Below, one piece after another: positions 1 through 10,384 of a DNA stretch of 64,000 nt. The first letter of the stretch is position 1; each line of letters opens with the position of its first letter. The DNA lies in assembly GCA_963422645.2 (NCBI GenBank), contig CAXXVO010000007.1, positions 736,001 through 800,000 on the forward strand. The letters run 5' to 3'. Both the position numbers and the translations under genes were made by a program. The notes under the pieces are model-generated. The model had not been told where the DNA came from and did no database searches. It saw only the letters and a program-made list of their open reading frames with translations. The stretch comes from Alphaproteobacteria bacterium. GTDB taxonomy: Bacteria > Pseudomonadota > Alphaproteobacteria > UBA828.

Positions 1-209
1 TGGCGTCGCCCGGTACGCTCCCGAGTGCACGCGGTCGTGCAGGTCGGCCAGTCGGCCTTCCAGCCCTTCCTCGTACATCCGCCAAGTCCTGCCATCCGCA
101 CCTGCCGCAGCGTCCTTCTTCAACGCGAAGAACGCCCAGCGCAGCGCATCGACCGTGACATGGTGGAGAAGCGCCGTCAGACGCTCCCGTGGCTCCCGTT
201 GTACAAACT
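1..209 (-). pseudogene. Group II intron reverse transcriptase/maturase, segment left of the IS-X insertion (runs off the window)
   Basis: The minus strand reads FVQREPRERLTALLHHVTVDALRWAFFALKKDAAAGADGRTWRMYEEGLEGRLADLHDRVHSGAYRATP, an RT domain-0-type sequence. It joins ...AADRIRQF (5581-5396) once the IS at 210-5395 and one AAACT copy are removed. Confidence 0.85.
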
Positions 210-338
210 CAGACTTCCTGACCTCTTGGCGTTGACGCTGCCGGACGGCGTGCCGCGAACCCCTTGAAGTCTGCCACTTTTCGGCCGTTGCGGGCCGATT
301 TTCGGTGGCAGTCGCAGCCGATGTCGTATATTTTGATA

Positions 339-1363
339 GGCTCAATTAGCGATTCGTAAGCATTGTTGGTAGACTGGCCCGGATCTCAGGAGGTTGGGTC
401 ATGGACAGTCAGGACTTTCAGGGTTGGCTTTCGGCAGCGGTCGGGCTGACGCGGGCACAGCGGCGCGAGGCGCTGGCGGTGCTGTCCGGCCGGCGCGCAG
501 ACGAGGCGTCGAAGGCGGCGATCGAACTCGCTGTGGACGAGGCTCGGCGCTGCCCGCATTGCGCGCGCGAAGGGGCGGTTTCGCGCGGCATGGCGCGGGG
601 CCTGCGGCGCTACCAGTGCAAGGGCTGCGGCAGGACCTTCAACGCGCTGACCGGCACCCCGCTGTCGGGCCTGCACCACAAGGAGCGCTGGCTGTCGTTC
701 GGGGCCTCGCTTGCGGAGGGCGAGACGGTGAAGGCGTCGGCGGAGCGCTGCGATGTGGCGGTGAGCACGGCGTTCCGCTGGCGTCACCGCTTTCTGGCGG
801 CGGCGCGGGGTGGTTCGGGGGTGCTCAAGGGCATCGTGGAGGCGGACGAGACGTACATGCTGGAGAGCCGGAAGGGCACGCGCAAGCTGGGGCGCAAGGC
901 GCGGCGGCGGGGCGGCAAGGCGAAGAAGCGCGGCCTCTCGCGCGAGCAGGTGCCGGTTCTCATGGCGGCGGACCGTGGCGGGACGACGTTCAGCGCGGTA
1001 CTGCCCAGGGTCGATGCGGTGGTGCTCACGGCCGCCCTCGATCCGGTGCTCGCCAGGGACGCCCTGCTGGTCTCCGACGGCGGCGCGAGCTACCCACCGT
1101 GCGCCGCCGCGCTCGGAGTGAGCCACGAGAGCCTCAACCGGTCGATGGGGGAACGGGTCCGGGGCGATCTGCATGTGCAGACGGTGAACAGCCGCCACAG
1201 CCGCTGGAAGGACTTCCTGCGACCGCGCCGGGGCGTTGCCACCCGCTATCTGGACAACTATCTGAGCTGGTTCCACCTCGTCGGCCTCGCCCCCGGCGCC
1301 AGTGATCGCGCCTGCCTCGCCGCTGCCGTGACAAGATAACCCATACGATTCGCTAATTGAGCC
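339..1363 (+). mobile_element. IS1595-family element
   Basis: IRs GGCTCAATTAGCGA / TCGCTAATTGAGCC; 8-bp TSD TTTTGATA (331-338, 1364-1371). Confidence 0.92.
401..1339 (+). CDS. IS1595-family transposase
   Basis: Zn ribbon CPHC...CKGC, followed by VEADETY, SDG and HVQTVNSRHSRWK motifs. Confidence 0.92.
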   Translation: MDSQDFQGWLSAAVGLTRAQRREALAVLSGRRADEASKAAIELAVDEARRCPHCAREGAVSRGMARGLRRYQCKGCGRTFNALTGTPLSGLHHKERWLSFGASLAEGETVKASAERCDVAVSTAFRWRHRFLAAARGGSGVLKGIVEADETYMLESRKGTRKLGRKARRRGGKAKKRGLSREQVPVLMAADRGGTTFSAVLPRVDAVVLTAALDPVLARDALLVSDGGASYPPCAAALGVSHESLNRSMGERVRGDLHVQTVNSRHSRWKDFLRPRRGVATRYLDNYLSWFHLVGLAPGASDRACLAAAVTR

Positions 1364-1396
1364 TTTTGATATGACACTATATACGCGGCCTCAGCC

Positions 1397-3787
1397 ATGC
1401 CCATGACCCTCCCGCTGTGCCCCCCAGAGGCGGTTCCGATCGGCAACAGCTGCTTCGCCGTCCTGATCTCGGACGACACCTTCACCTACTTCTCAAACCT
1501 CGTTCCCTTCGACAGCCACCCCGCCGATGACCGCGCCGCCATGCTCATGCGCATCGGCCGCCTCGCGGTGATCAGCGCGCTCTCGCCGCAGGATCTGGCC
1601 GACGCGTTCTGTGTCTCGCGCTCGACCGTGCAGCGAGCACGGCGGCGCTACCTGGCCGAGGGTGAAGCGGCGTTTCTGAAACCCCGGCGCGGGCGCGGGC
1701 CGTCGGTGTTCACGCCGGCGTTGGCCAAGAGGGCGACAGCGTTGCTGGAAGCGGGCCTGAGCGGCGCTGCGGTGGCCCGGGTTCTCGGCGTGTCGAAAGC
1801 CTCGGTCCACAAGTGGCGCCGGCGGGGGCTGATCGGCAAGGCGGTGTGCGCGCAGGAGCCCGCAGGCTCGGCAGTGGGTGCGCCATGCGAGGCGCGTGTC
1901 GCTGAAGAGGCTGGCGGCGCAGCCGGACCCGAAGCGGGCGAAGCGCAGCCCTTGGCGGACACGGCGCAGAGCGGGGAGCCAGGTCCTCTCGACGCCGGGA
2001 CGCAGACGGATCGCAGCGCGCGCGACCGGCGCGACCGGCAGGCGCCGATGGGGCGCGCGACCTGCGATGTCTCGGGCCGGGTGCTGGCCAGCAGCGGGCA
2101 GGCGGGACCGGTCGAACCGCAGTTCGCCAGCGCCGCCCGCGGCGTGCGCTCAGGCGGCGTTCTCACCGCCCTGCCGGCCCTGCTCAAGGAAGGTCTGCTG
2201 GCCGCGAGCGACGCCCTGCCGCTCCTGCCCAAGGGCTATTACGGCCTGAACACGATCCTGCTTTTCCTGGCCTTCATGACCCTGGCGCGGGTACGCAACC
2301 CCGAGAGTTTGCGCTATCGGCCGCCGGGCGAATGGGGCGCCATCCTCGGCCTCGACCGTTGCCCCGAGGTCAAGACCCTGCGGCGCAAGATCGCTCTGAT
2401 CGCCAACGACGAGGCCGGCGTGCGGGCTTGGCAGCGCGCCCTTGCCAGGCGCTGGCAGGCCGACGAGCCGGAGCTCTGGGCGACGCTGGCCGTCGACGGG
2501 CACGTCAAGGTCTGCGCCGGCCGCAAGGGACGCCTGCCGAAACACTTCGTCTCGCGCCAGAAGCTGTGCCTGCCGGCCAGCACCGGCTACTGGATCAACG
2601 CCCTGGGCGGCAAGCCCCTGCTCTGTCTGCATAAGACGCTGGATCCGAAGATGGTCGCCGCCATCGAAGCCGACGTGGTGCCGGCGCTGCAGGACCTCGG
2701 GATCGTCGACGCCCAGGCGCCGGACCTGACCGCAGAGGCGCCCGGCCACCCCGCGCTCACCCTGGTCTTCGACCGCGAAGGCTGGAGCCCGGATCTGTTC
2801 CGCCGGCTGGCGAGGCGCGGCATCGCCTGCCTGACCTGGCACAAGAACTTCGGCGGCGAGGATTGGCCGGTCGAGGACTTCGGCGCGACGACCGTTCCCA
2901 TTCACGGACCGGCGACAAACGGCACCGCCTCCGTGCGGCTGGCCGAAAAGCCGGTGACGTTGCCGAACGGCTTCAGGGTGCGCCAGATCCGCCGCCTGCT
3001 GGACAACGGCCGTCAGATCCCCTTCATCGTCACCGATCCGCACAAACCGATGAGCGAGGCCGCAGGCGCCATGTTCTCGCGCTGGTCGCAGGAAAACTTC
3101 TTCAAGTACATGCGCGACGAGTTCAATCCCGACGCCCTGCCGACCCACGAACTCGAGCCTCTCGATCCCGACACCATGGTCGTAAACCCGCTCCGGCGGG
3201 CCTGTGACAAGGCAATCCGCAGCGCCGAACGCCGGCTCGCCCGCCTGCGCAACCGGACCGCCGGCGCGGCCGGGAAAAAGAGGCCGAAGGCGCAGCTCGG
3301 GAGAGAAGTCAGCGACCTCGAGGGTGCCCTCGAGATCGCCAGGGCCAGCCGCAGGAACGTGCCGAAGCACTGTCGAGCCGGCGACCTCGACGAAGACCGA
3401 CAGCTCGATGCCCTGCCCTCACGCGACCGCCTCCTCCTCGACATCATCCGCATGATCGCCTGCCGCGCCGAAACCCGCATGATGCTCCCCGTCATGCAGG
3501 GACAAGGCAAGAAGCCTCATCCCCGGAAACTGCTTCAGGCTCTCATGACCGCCGACGCCGACATCTTGCCGGACCCCGCCAACGGCGTTCTCCGGGTCCA
3601 CATTCCCGGCCTCGCAAATGACGCTTGCGACCGCCAGATCGATGCCCTCCTGAACGAGCTCAACGCCACCGAAACGCTCTTCCCCGGGACCGATCTGCGC
3701 ATGGTCTACGAGATCGACGCAGCCCCGGAACCCACCCAGCCGGTGTCACACCAAATCACTAGCCCGGATTATTCGCATCGGGTCTGA
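1397..3787 (+). CDS. Large putative DDE transposase of IS-X with N-terminal HTHs; C-terminus altered by the IS1380 insertion
   Basis: HTH-like SRSTVQRARRRY and VSKASVHKW; acidic motifs LAVDGH, VFDREG, RWSQENFFK. Removing IS1380 restores the ending HQITRGQEV*, like the RGQEV* ending at 42765-43634. Confidence 0.8.
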   Translation: MPMTLPLCPPEAVPIGNSCFAVLISDDTFTYFSNLVPFDSHPADDRAAMLMRIGRLAVISALSPQDLADAFCVSRSTVQRARRRYLAEGEAAFLKPRRGRGPSVFTPALAKRATALLEAGLSGAAVARVLGVSKASVHKWRRRGLIGKAVCAQEPAGSAVGAPCEARVAEEAGGAAGPEAGEAQPLADTAQSGEPGPLDAGTQTDRSARDRRDRQAPMGRATCDVSGRVLASSGQAGPVEPQFASAARGVRSGGVLTALPALLKEGLLAASDALPLLPKGYYGLNTILLFLAFMTLARVRNPESLRYRPPGEWGAILGLDRCPEVKTLRRKIALIANDEAGVRAWQRALARRWQADEPELWATLAVDGHVKVCAGRKGRLPKHFVSRQKLCLPASTGYWINALGGKPLLCLHKTLDPKMVAAIEADVVPALQDLGIVDAQAPDLTAEAPGHPALTLVFDREGWSPDLFRRLARRGIACLTWHKNFGGEDWPVEDFGATTVPIHGPATNGTASVRLAEKPVTLPNGFRVRQIRRLLDNGRQIPFIVTDPHKPMSEAAGAMFSRWSQENFFKYMRDEFNPDALPTHELEPLDPDTMVVNPLRRACDKAIRSAERRLARLRNRTAGAAGKKRPKAQLGREVSDLEGALEIARASRRNVPKHCRAGDLDEDRQLDALPSRDRLLLDIIRMIACRAETRMMLPVMQGQGKKPHPRKLLQALMTADADILPDPANGVLRVHIPGLANDACDRQIDALLNELNATETLFPGTDLRMVYEIDAAPEPTQPVSHQITSPDYSHRV

Positions 3788-5376
3788 TTTTGGGGTGGCG
3801 GACGTAGCGTAAGCCGTTGCCATCGGGTAGGAATTCGTTGTCGACGCGTCTTCCTCTCCGAACAACGAAAGCGCCACGCCCGCCATGACCGACGGTAGCC
3901 TTCTCCCCTTCGATCTGCCAAGCGTTCAACGCAAGAAGGTGAGCGCCGCCTTCGACGGCGGCCTGATCTCGTCGGACGGCGGCCTCGTCCTGCTGCGCGA
4001 GGCGGAGCGCTGCTTAGGCTTGGCCGAGACCCTGGCAGGCTGCATCCGCGACCGGCGCAATCAGGCGCAGGTGGTGCACGCGCTCCCGGCCATGCTGCGC
4101 TTCCGCATGCTGGCGATCGCCTGCGGCTACGAAGATGCCGACGACTGCGACGCGCTGCGCGCGGACCCGCTGTTCAAGCTGGCCTCAGGGAAGGCGCCGG
4201 AGAGCGGGGGCGCGCTCTGCTCGCAGCCCACCATGAGCCGCCTGGAAAACGCGCCGTCCCGCATCGAGGTGGCGCGGATGACGGCGGCGCTGGTCGATCT
4301 CTTCTGTCGCTCCTTCCCCGCCCCTCCCGCCGCCATCACCCTCGATATCGACGACACCTGCGATGCCGTGCACGGCCACCAGCAGCTCTCGCTCTTCCAC
4401 GCTCATTACGACACGCGCTGCTTCCTGCCCGTTCACGTCTATCATGTGGAAAGTGGCAAGCCGGTGGCGGTCCTCCTGCGCCCGGGAAAGACGCCGTCGG
4501 GGTCCGAGGTCCGTACCCTCGTCAAGCATCTGGTCCGCCGCATCCGCCGGCACTGGCCGCGCACCCGGATCGTCTTCCAGGGAGACAGCCACTACGGCCG
4601 CACGCAAGCCATGGCCTGGTGCGAGGAGAACGGCGTCGACTACATCTTCGGCCTCGCGGGCAATCGCGCGCTGCACGCTCTCGCATACGAGGCGGCCGAC
4701 GATCTCAAGGTCCGCCGCGCAGAGGCCGGCGCAGACAGGATGCGGGCCTTCGCCGCCTTCGCCTACGCCGCCCGCTCCCGGGACCGCGAACGCCGGGTCG
4801 TCGCCCGGCTCGAGGCGAGCACGCGCGGCTTCGATGCCCGCTATATCGTCACCTCGCTCGAAGGCGATCCCCGCCGTCTCTACGAAGACGTCTACTGCGC
4901 CCGCGGCCAGGCCGAGAACCTGATCAAGTTGCACAAGGGCCAGCTCGCCTCGGACCGCACCTCCTGCCAGAGCCCGATCGCCAACCAGCTCAGGCTGGTC
5001 CTGCACACCGGCGCCTACTGGCTCATGCTCACCCTGCGCGACGCCATCCCCCGTGCCGCGCCCCTCGCCCGTGCAGAGTTCGCAACCCTGAGGCTGAGAC
5101 TGCTCAAGATCGGCGCCCGCGTCATCGAGAAGGCCACCCGCGTCCGCATCCACTTCACCTCGGCCTGCCCCGACGCCGCTCTCTTCCGCCTGCTGGCAGG
5201 CCGTCTCGCCGCGGCAGGTGCCCTGAGCGAAGGGGCGCCGAGCCCCGATCACCCAGGCCCGTTCAACCCTCAACCCGATAACGACCATCCTCAGATCCCG
5301 GCGCCAAACGGCGTCTGGCCCCGACGCGACCCATCAATCGAGCCTCAAGTGCAAGGCTCTCCACGAATAGGTCGGG
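3763..5376 (+). mobile_element. IS1380-family element
   Basis: Ends CCCGGATTATTC / GAATAGGTCGGG; 4-bp TSD CTAG (3759-3762, 5377-5380). Confidence 0.85.
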
Positions 5377-5396
5377 CTAGAGGTCAGGAAGTCTGA
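3885..5396 (+). CDS. IS1380-family transposase (frame reads on through the right end)
   Basis: FDGGLISSDGG, GYEDADDC, LDIDDT, GDS and YCARGQAENLIK motifs. Confidence 0.9.
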   Translation: MTDGSLLPFDLPSVQRKKVSAAFDGGLISSDGGLVLLREAERCLGLAETLAGCIRDRRNQAQVVHALPAMLRFRMLAIACGYEDADDCDALRADPLFKLASGKAPESGGALCSQPTMSRLENAPSRIEVARMTAALVDLFCRSFPAPPAAITLDIDDTCDAVHGHQQLSLFHAHYDTRCFLPVHVYHVESGKPVAVLLRPGKTPSGSEVRTLVKHLVRRIRRHWPRTRIVFQGDSHYGRTQAMAWCEENGVDYIFGLAGNRALHALAYEAADDLKVRRAEAGADRMRAFAAFAYAARSRDRERRVVARLEASTRGFDARYIVTSLEGDPRRLYEDVYCARGQAENLIKLHKGQLASDRTSCQSPIANQLRLVLHTGAYWLMLTLRDAIPRAAPLARAEFATLRLRLLKIGARVIEKATRVRIHFTSACPDAALFRLLAGRLAAAGALSEGAPSPDHPGPFNPQPDNDHPQIPAPNGVWPRRDPSIEPQVQGSPRIGRARGQEV

Positions 5397-5938
5397 AACT
5401 GCCGTATCCGGTCGGCCGCCTGTGTCACGCTTTCCCGACTCTGTGTCCGGCGCGTGCTTTGGCCTTCCAGATTCCCCTTGGGCTCGGTCCTTGGCTCCAT
5501 CGACTCCGCCGGGACTGGCGTCCCTTTGTTCGCCGACTTCATAGCTACTATTCCCGAGTCTGACTTCTCCATGCCGTTCATCTTCGGTTACGGATTCCTC
5601 CTTTCCTCAGCGATCCCGCCACGACAGCGGGATGGCACGGAGACCTCCCAGGTCCCGGTGTAGTGCGTGCGTACGTGCATGGGTTCTTAGACACCGCGGG
5701 ATTCTGACCCCCCTCGCCCTATCGGTGGGTCGGATGCTACCTTCGACCTATGGAAAAGCCTCGGCATCCCGGATGAGTCTCTTTCGGTGCTCAATAGCCC
5801 TGCCCGCACGTGCCCCTGTCAACGCTTAACCTCCATCCTCGCGAATGGCGGCCCATGACTCGGGGTGGAAGTGGTGGCTTGCCTTCTCCTTCCCGCCGGA
5901 CTTTCACCGGCTGCACTGCACCAGTTAGCCTGGCGCTC
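5396..5938 (-). ncRNA. Group II intron 5' portion (ribozyme domains and start of the RT ORF at about 5581)
   Basis: The minus strand starts GAGCGCCAGGC and contains GCAGCCGGTGAAAGTCCGG and AAGCGTTGACAGGGGCACGTGCGGGCAGGGCTATTGAGC, which resemble group II domain I sequence. It is followed by MNGMEKSDSGIVAMKSANK, a typical RT ORF leader. Confidence 0.8.
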
Positions 5939-6687
5939 TCCACATCGACCCGTCCCGCAGCGCCAAGGTCGCCACGCAGTTGTTCGGCGGCACGGCGTGC
6001 ATTCTGTTCCTGGTCTGCGACCGTCTCTCGTCCTACAAGACGATGGCGCACGAACTCGGCGGCGCGGTCATTCTGTGTTGGTGCTGGGCGCACCAGCGCC
6101 GCGACTTCATCCACGGTGCGGCCGGGCAGGCAGGGCTGACGCACTGGTGCCAGACGTGGATCGAACGAATCGCCTCGATCTACAAGCTGAACGAGGCGAG
6201 GCTGGGACATTACGACCCCGCTCTCGAACGCCAGACGGCGGTGTTCGCGCAAGCGCAGGCCGCGTTGGAAGCGGAGGTCGAGCGCCTGTTCGCGGACGCC
6301 GAGCAAGAACTCGCCGCCTTGCCGGTAGGAGCGCGCGAGACCAAGGCGCTGCGCTCGCTGCTCAACCATCGCAGTGGGCTGAGCGTCTTCGTCGACAAGC
6401 CCCAGGTCCCCATGGACAACAACGCCGCGGAAAGGGCGCTCAGAGGCCCGGTCATCGGAAGACGGCTCTCGTTCGGTTCCGACAGCGAGACCGGCGCCCG
6501 GTTCACGGCACTGATGTACTCCGTCGTCGCCACGCTGAAGACCAACGGCATCGATGTCCGGCGCTGGCTTGAGACGTGGCTTCGAGTCTGCGCCGAAAAT
6601 GACGGCCGACCACCGGAGGACCCGTCGCCGTGGCTGCCCTGGTCGATGAGCGAGGAACGCAGGCGCGCCCTGATGGCGCCGGGATGA
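5939..6687 (+). pseudogene. IS66-family transposase TnpC, 3' portion (interrupted by an antisense group II intron)
   Basis: HIDPSRSA..LVCDR..CWAHQRRDF..VPMDNNAAERALRGPV..SVVATLK. Confidence 0.88.
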
Positions 6688-7389
6688 CTGGCTCCGTCGA
6701 GTGCCGGTACTACGGGCGCGACTTCACCGCCGAGGAGATGGCGCTCCTGCGCGTGCTCATCGCCGCCGGCCCACCGCCCAACCGCCATGCCCTGTCGAGG
6801 GAGTTCTGCCGGCGCATCGGCTGGTTCAAGCCTGACGGCGGGCTCAAGGACATGATGGCCAGGGTGACGATGCTGGCCATGCACAAGGACGGCCTGATCG
6901 TCCTCCCGCCGCCGAAATGGCCGCGCCCGCCGCGTCGGCCCATGGTCTTCGGACCCGACACCGAGCCGCCGGTGCATCCGGCGCCGACATCCCTCGACGC
7001 GGTTCGCCCGCTCGATCTGCGGCCTGCCGTCCGCTACAGCCGCGAGGGCAAGCTGTGGAACGAGTTCGTCGCCCGCTACCACTATCTCGGCTACAAGACC
7101 CTGGTCGGCGCCCAGATGCGCTACGCCGTCCACGACCGTGACGGCCGGCCCATCGCCATGCTCGGCTTCAGCACCGCGGCGCGAAAGCTCGCACCCCGCG
7201 ACCGCTTCATCGGATGGACGCCGCAGTCGCGCGAGAAGAACCTCCCGCTTGTGATCGACAACCCGAGGTTCCTTATTCTGCCCTGGATCGTCATCCCGAA
7301 CCTGGGCTCGCACATCCTCTCGCTCGTGCGCCGGCAACTGCCCGACGACTGGACCCAGCGCTACAACGTCACGCCCGTGCTCATCGAGA
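6684..7389 (+). pseudogene. DUF4338 (DruA-like domain) protein, N-terminal part
   Basis: WNEFVARYHYLGY..GAQMRY..RDRFIGW..NPRFLILPW..NLGSHIL; ATGA overlap with the tnpC stop; cut after PVLIE. Confidence 0.85.
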
Positions 7390-7578
7390 TGAAGGCTTCA
7401 TAATGCTTCTCCGTTGTGCAGGTGGGCGGGCGTTTCTACCGCATTGATAGAAAAGGCGGTTTGGATTCCGTTGTTGCCGCCGCGGCGACCTTTACATCGT
7501 GCCGGACGTGATTTTCCAGTATCGCACGTTGGAGGTGCGGATCTGCATCGGGCGTTTTGCCTGACGGTCCGGGCATGG

Positions 7579-9782
7579 TCACCCCCCATCACCGTTGAGC
7601 CCGCGCAGCAGCGGCAGTTCGTCCTCGACCGGCAAACGCACATACAGTCCGCGCGTCTTGCCGCGGGTCACATGGCAGCTGTCCAGCCTGCCCGCCTTGA
7701 TCCGTTCCCAGACCGTCTGCCGCGTGACACCCAGACGATCCATTGCCACAGCGAGGGGAACAAACCCCTCCGGAGGCGCCTCACGAAAGCGCTCGCGCAA
7801 GGTCGGGGTCATCCGGATCCGAAGAGGAGCACCTTCGATATCGGGCTGGGCAACCGGAACCAGCCCCTCGCGGATCCAGCGATAGATGGTGTCATCCGAG
7901 ACTCCGATCTCCTTCGCCACATCGGCAACGCCCATGAGCACCGGCTCGTCCCCGTCGGGCTGGTAGGGCGCAATGCCATGGCGGCGACGCAGGCTGCCAA
8001 CAAGCTCGGCCGTGAAATCCAGACCCCGTGCTGTGCGCCGTCCCTGGCGGGTGAGAACCTTCGCGGTCTCCCGGTCGTTGTAAAAGCATGACAGCTTGCG
8101 CACGAGCTCGACCGTGCTGCGCTCATCGCGCCGGGGTGTCGGAGAGCCCGCGAGCATCGGCAAAGTGATCTCGTCGATCTGCCCGCCACGCCAGCGCAAT
8201 GTTGCCATGATCTCACGCTCCTGTCGCGCAAGCTCGATCGTCACCTCGTCGAGGAGGCAGGCGAGCAGGCGCTTGCGCTCGCGCATGGTCGTCGACGACG
8301 CCCCCCAGACCTGCGACAGGCGCGCGCCGAGACCCTCGAAAACCGCGCCGGGGCAGGGGCCGCGGGCTGACGCGCCCGTGCCGCCTCAAGCGCTTCCTGT
8401 GCAGCCTTCTCGGCGCGAAGCGCCTTCTCCCACTCGCGCTCCAGCGTTGCCGCAATCAGACGGTTGTCGGGATCGACCTGCTTGTAGCGCCGCTCGGCAA
8501 GCCGCGCCTCGTACCGGCAGTGCTCAAGATCCAGCTCCCAACGGCGCAACGCGCGCAGGCCGCGTTCAGCAACATCACAAGCCGCCTGCCGGGCCGCCTC
8601 CACCCCCGCCGGCGTGACCGCATCGAGAAACAGACGGGCAACTTCCGCATCAACGCGCTTGCCGCCTGTCGACCAACAACCGCCGCGCCGGCGCGCAGCA
8701 TCGCGCTTGCGGCACTCATACCCCCAGCCCGTCTTGCTGTAGTAGACGGTCATCGGCAATCCGCAGCCGCCGCAGACCGCGAGACCCTGGAGCAGAGCCG
8801 ACCCTTCCCGCGCCGCGCCGCGGGCTCCGTCCGGAGCCATGTGGTTGCGGGCCAGCTGCTCCTGTACTTCAAGCCATTCTGCCCAACTGACATATCCCTC
8901 ATGCTTCTCCGGCTGAAGAATATCCCAGCGCTCCTGGACCGGCCGCAGCGGCGCACCGTGACCAACGCCGCGTTTGAAGCCGTAGGCATAGGCGCCGCCC
9001 ATCGCCGGGTTGGTGAGGATGCGGTACACCCGTTCATAGCGCGCCGGGCCCCATTCCAATGCTGCCCCCGGGTGCCGGCGAGAGGGAACATCCTCGCCCG
9101 CCTCACGCAGCAGCATCGTCGCCTGGCGGGCCGAACCGGCTTGCCGAAAACGCGCAAAGACCGTTGCAATCGCCGCCTGAACCCGGGCATCCGGATCCTT
9201 CCGCAAAGTCGAGCCATCCCGCACAAATCCGATCGGAACGCGCGAGTACAACTCGCCACGAAGCGCCTTGTTCCGCTTTCCGCCCTCCATCCGGGCGCGA
9301 ATAAGAGACAGCTCAGCGGCGCTCACGGTTCCCTTGATCCCCAGGACAAGGGAGTCGTCGTCCCGGCTCGGGCAGTAGATGTGGCAGTCCTCAACCAGAA
9401 CCGTGTCGTGCCTGCGACATAGATCGAGAAGCTGAAACCATTCCATCGTGTTCCTGGCGAGCCGCGAAACCTCAATCCCGAAGATGCCCCCGACATGGTC
9501 CCGGGCGATCAGGTCGCACATCTCCCGAAAGCCGCCACGCTCGCCGCGCGCCTTCTCGCTTGCGCTCTCGCCAAGATCGGCGTCGATCGTCCGTATCCGC
9601 TCGGCCGGCCAGCCAATCTCCCGGGCACGCTCGCCAAGCGCGTATTGGCGCAGCTGCGATTCCTGGTGCGCGTTCACTTGCAAGGGTGTCGACTGGCGAA
9701 CGTAGACAACTGCAAGACGCTCAAGATGACGCTGGGTGATCTTCGACGGATCGACCGTCATCGGCCGCCTCCCGATCCGCAA
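7579..9782 (-). pseudogene. Large serine recombinase, frameshifted near 8345 (ORFs 8241-9782 and 7579-8286)
   Basis: Catalytic YVRQST, EVSRLAR, recombinase domain, CGGCG Zn ribbon and coiled coil. The C-terminal frame continues VFEGLGARLSQVW...RERKRLL and ends in two excisionase-like HTHs. Confidence 0.85.
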
Positions 9783-9942
9783 TCCGAACCATCAGATCGG
9801 CCAGACCCTGCACGACGCGATCCCGGTCCGGAGCCGGAAACGCCAGCCACCGGTCCCGGCGCTCCTCCCACTCCATCAGCGCGATCAGCGCCAACTCCTG
9901 CTCCGCATCCATCGCGCCTGAGTTCCCTCTCATCAAGGTCAT
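9721..9942 (-). CDS. Small hypothetical protein upstream of the recombinase
   Basis: Short ORF overlapping the recombinase start, inside the element. Confidence 0.45.
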   Translation of the reverse strand: MTLMRGNSGAMDAEQELALIALMEWEERRDRWLAFPAPDRDRVVQGLADLMVRIADREAADDGRSVEDHPASS

Positions 9943-10189
9943 TCAGAAGATTAAGGAGGGTGAGGAAATCAGACAACTCTCCGATCAGGCGTGGTGCATC
10001 CTCGGGACGGGCTCCAAGGCTCGTCCATGCCGCTGGTATCCAACAACAGCTGCCGTCCGGCATCCGAACCTTCAGAGTCCGGCCCCCGTAACCTCCTTTG
10101 CGCCGATCGAGAATCTCGATCGCCTCACCGTCGAAAGGATGCTTGTAGCGTCGAATGCGAACGGGCTCAGGAGCCTCGGAAGCCTGCAA
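9758..10189 (-). CDS. DUF5372-like small protein
   Basis: VRIRRYKHPFDG...PDGSCCWIPAAWTSL resembles the small proteins found upstream of this recombinase type (recognised from memory). Confidence 0.55.
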   Translation of the reverse strand: MQASEAPEPVRIRRYKHPFDGEAIEILDRRKGGYGGRTLKVRMPDGSCCWIPAAWTSLGARPEDAPRLIGELSDFLTLLNLLNDLDERELRRDGCGAGVGADRADGVGGAPGPVAGVSGSGPGSRRAGSGRSDGSDCGSGGGR

Positions 10190-10216
10190 GATAGTAGTCT
10201 GTGACGTTCGTGGAGA

Positions 10217-10384
10217 CCTTCGTCGAGACCCCGCGCTTCACCGGCGCACTCTACAAGGCGTCCGGCTGGACCCACGTCGGAACCACCCAGGGACGCGGCC
10301 GATACGACCGCCACACCAGACGCGACCGGCCGAAGAAGGACATCTGGATCCGACCCCTCCGAAAAGACTGGCGGCGAACTCTAA
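10217..10384 (+). pseudogene. DUF4338 protein, C-terminal part (last codons NR* displaced to 12362-12370 by IS1634)
   Basis: TFVETPRFTGALYKASGWTHVGTTQGRGRYDR...KDIWIRPL. Confidence 0.85.

Larger units (their letters stand above)
210..5395 (+). mobile_element. Unclassified DDE insertion sequence (IS-X, long copy) containing nested IS1595 and IS1380
   Basis: Perfect 16-bp terminal IRs CAGACTTCCTGACCTC (210-225) and GAGGTCAGGAAGTCTG (5380-5395); 5-bp TSD AAACT (205-209, 5396-5400). Confidence 0.9.
7390..10216 (-). mobile_element. Large-serine-recombinase mobile element inserted in the DUF4338 gene
   Basis: GAGA at both junctions (7386-7389, 10213-10216). Excision restores PVLIE-TFVETPRF. Confidence 0.8.

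Noticed and set aside
6684-10384. Druantia defence system
   Set aside because: Only an interrupted DUF4338 domain is present; there is no DruE helicase or other partner gene.
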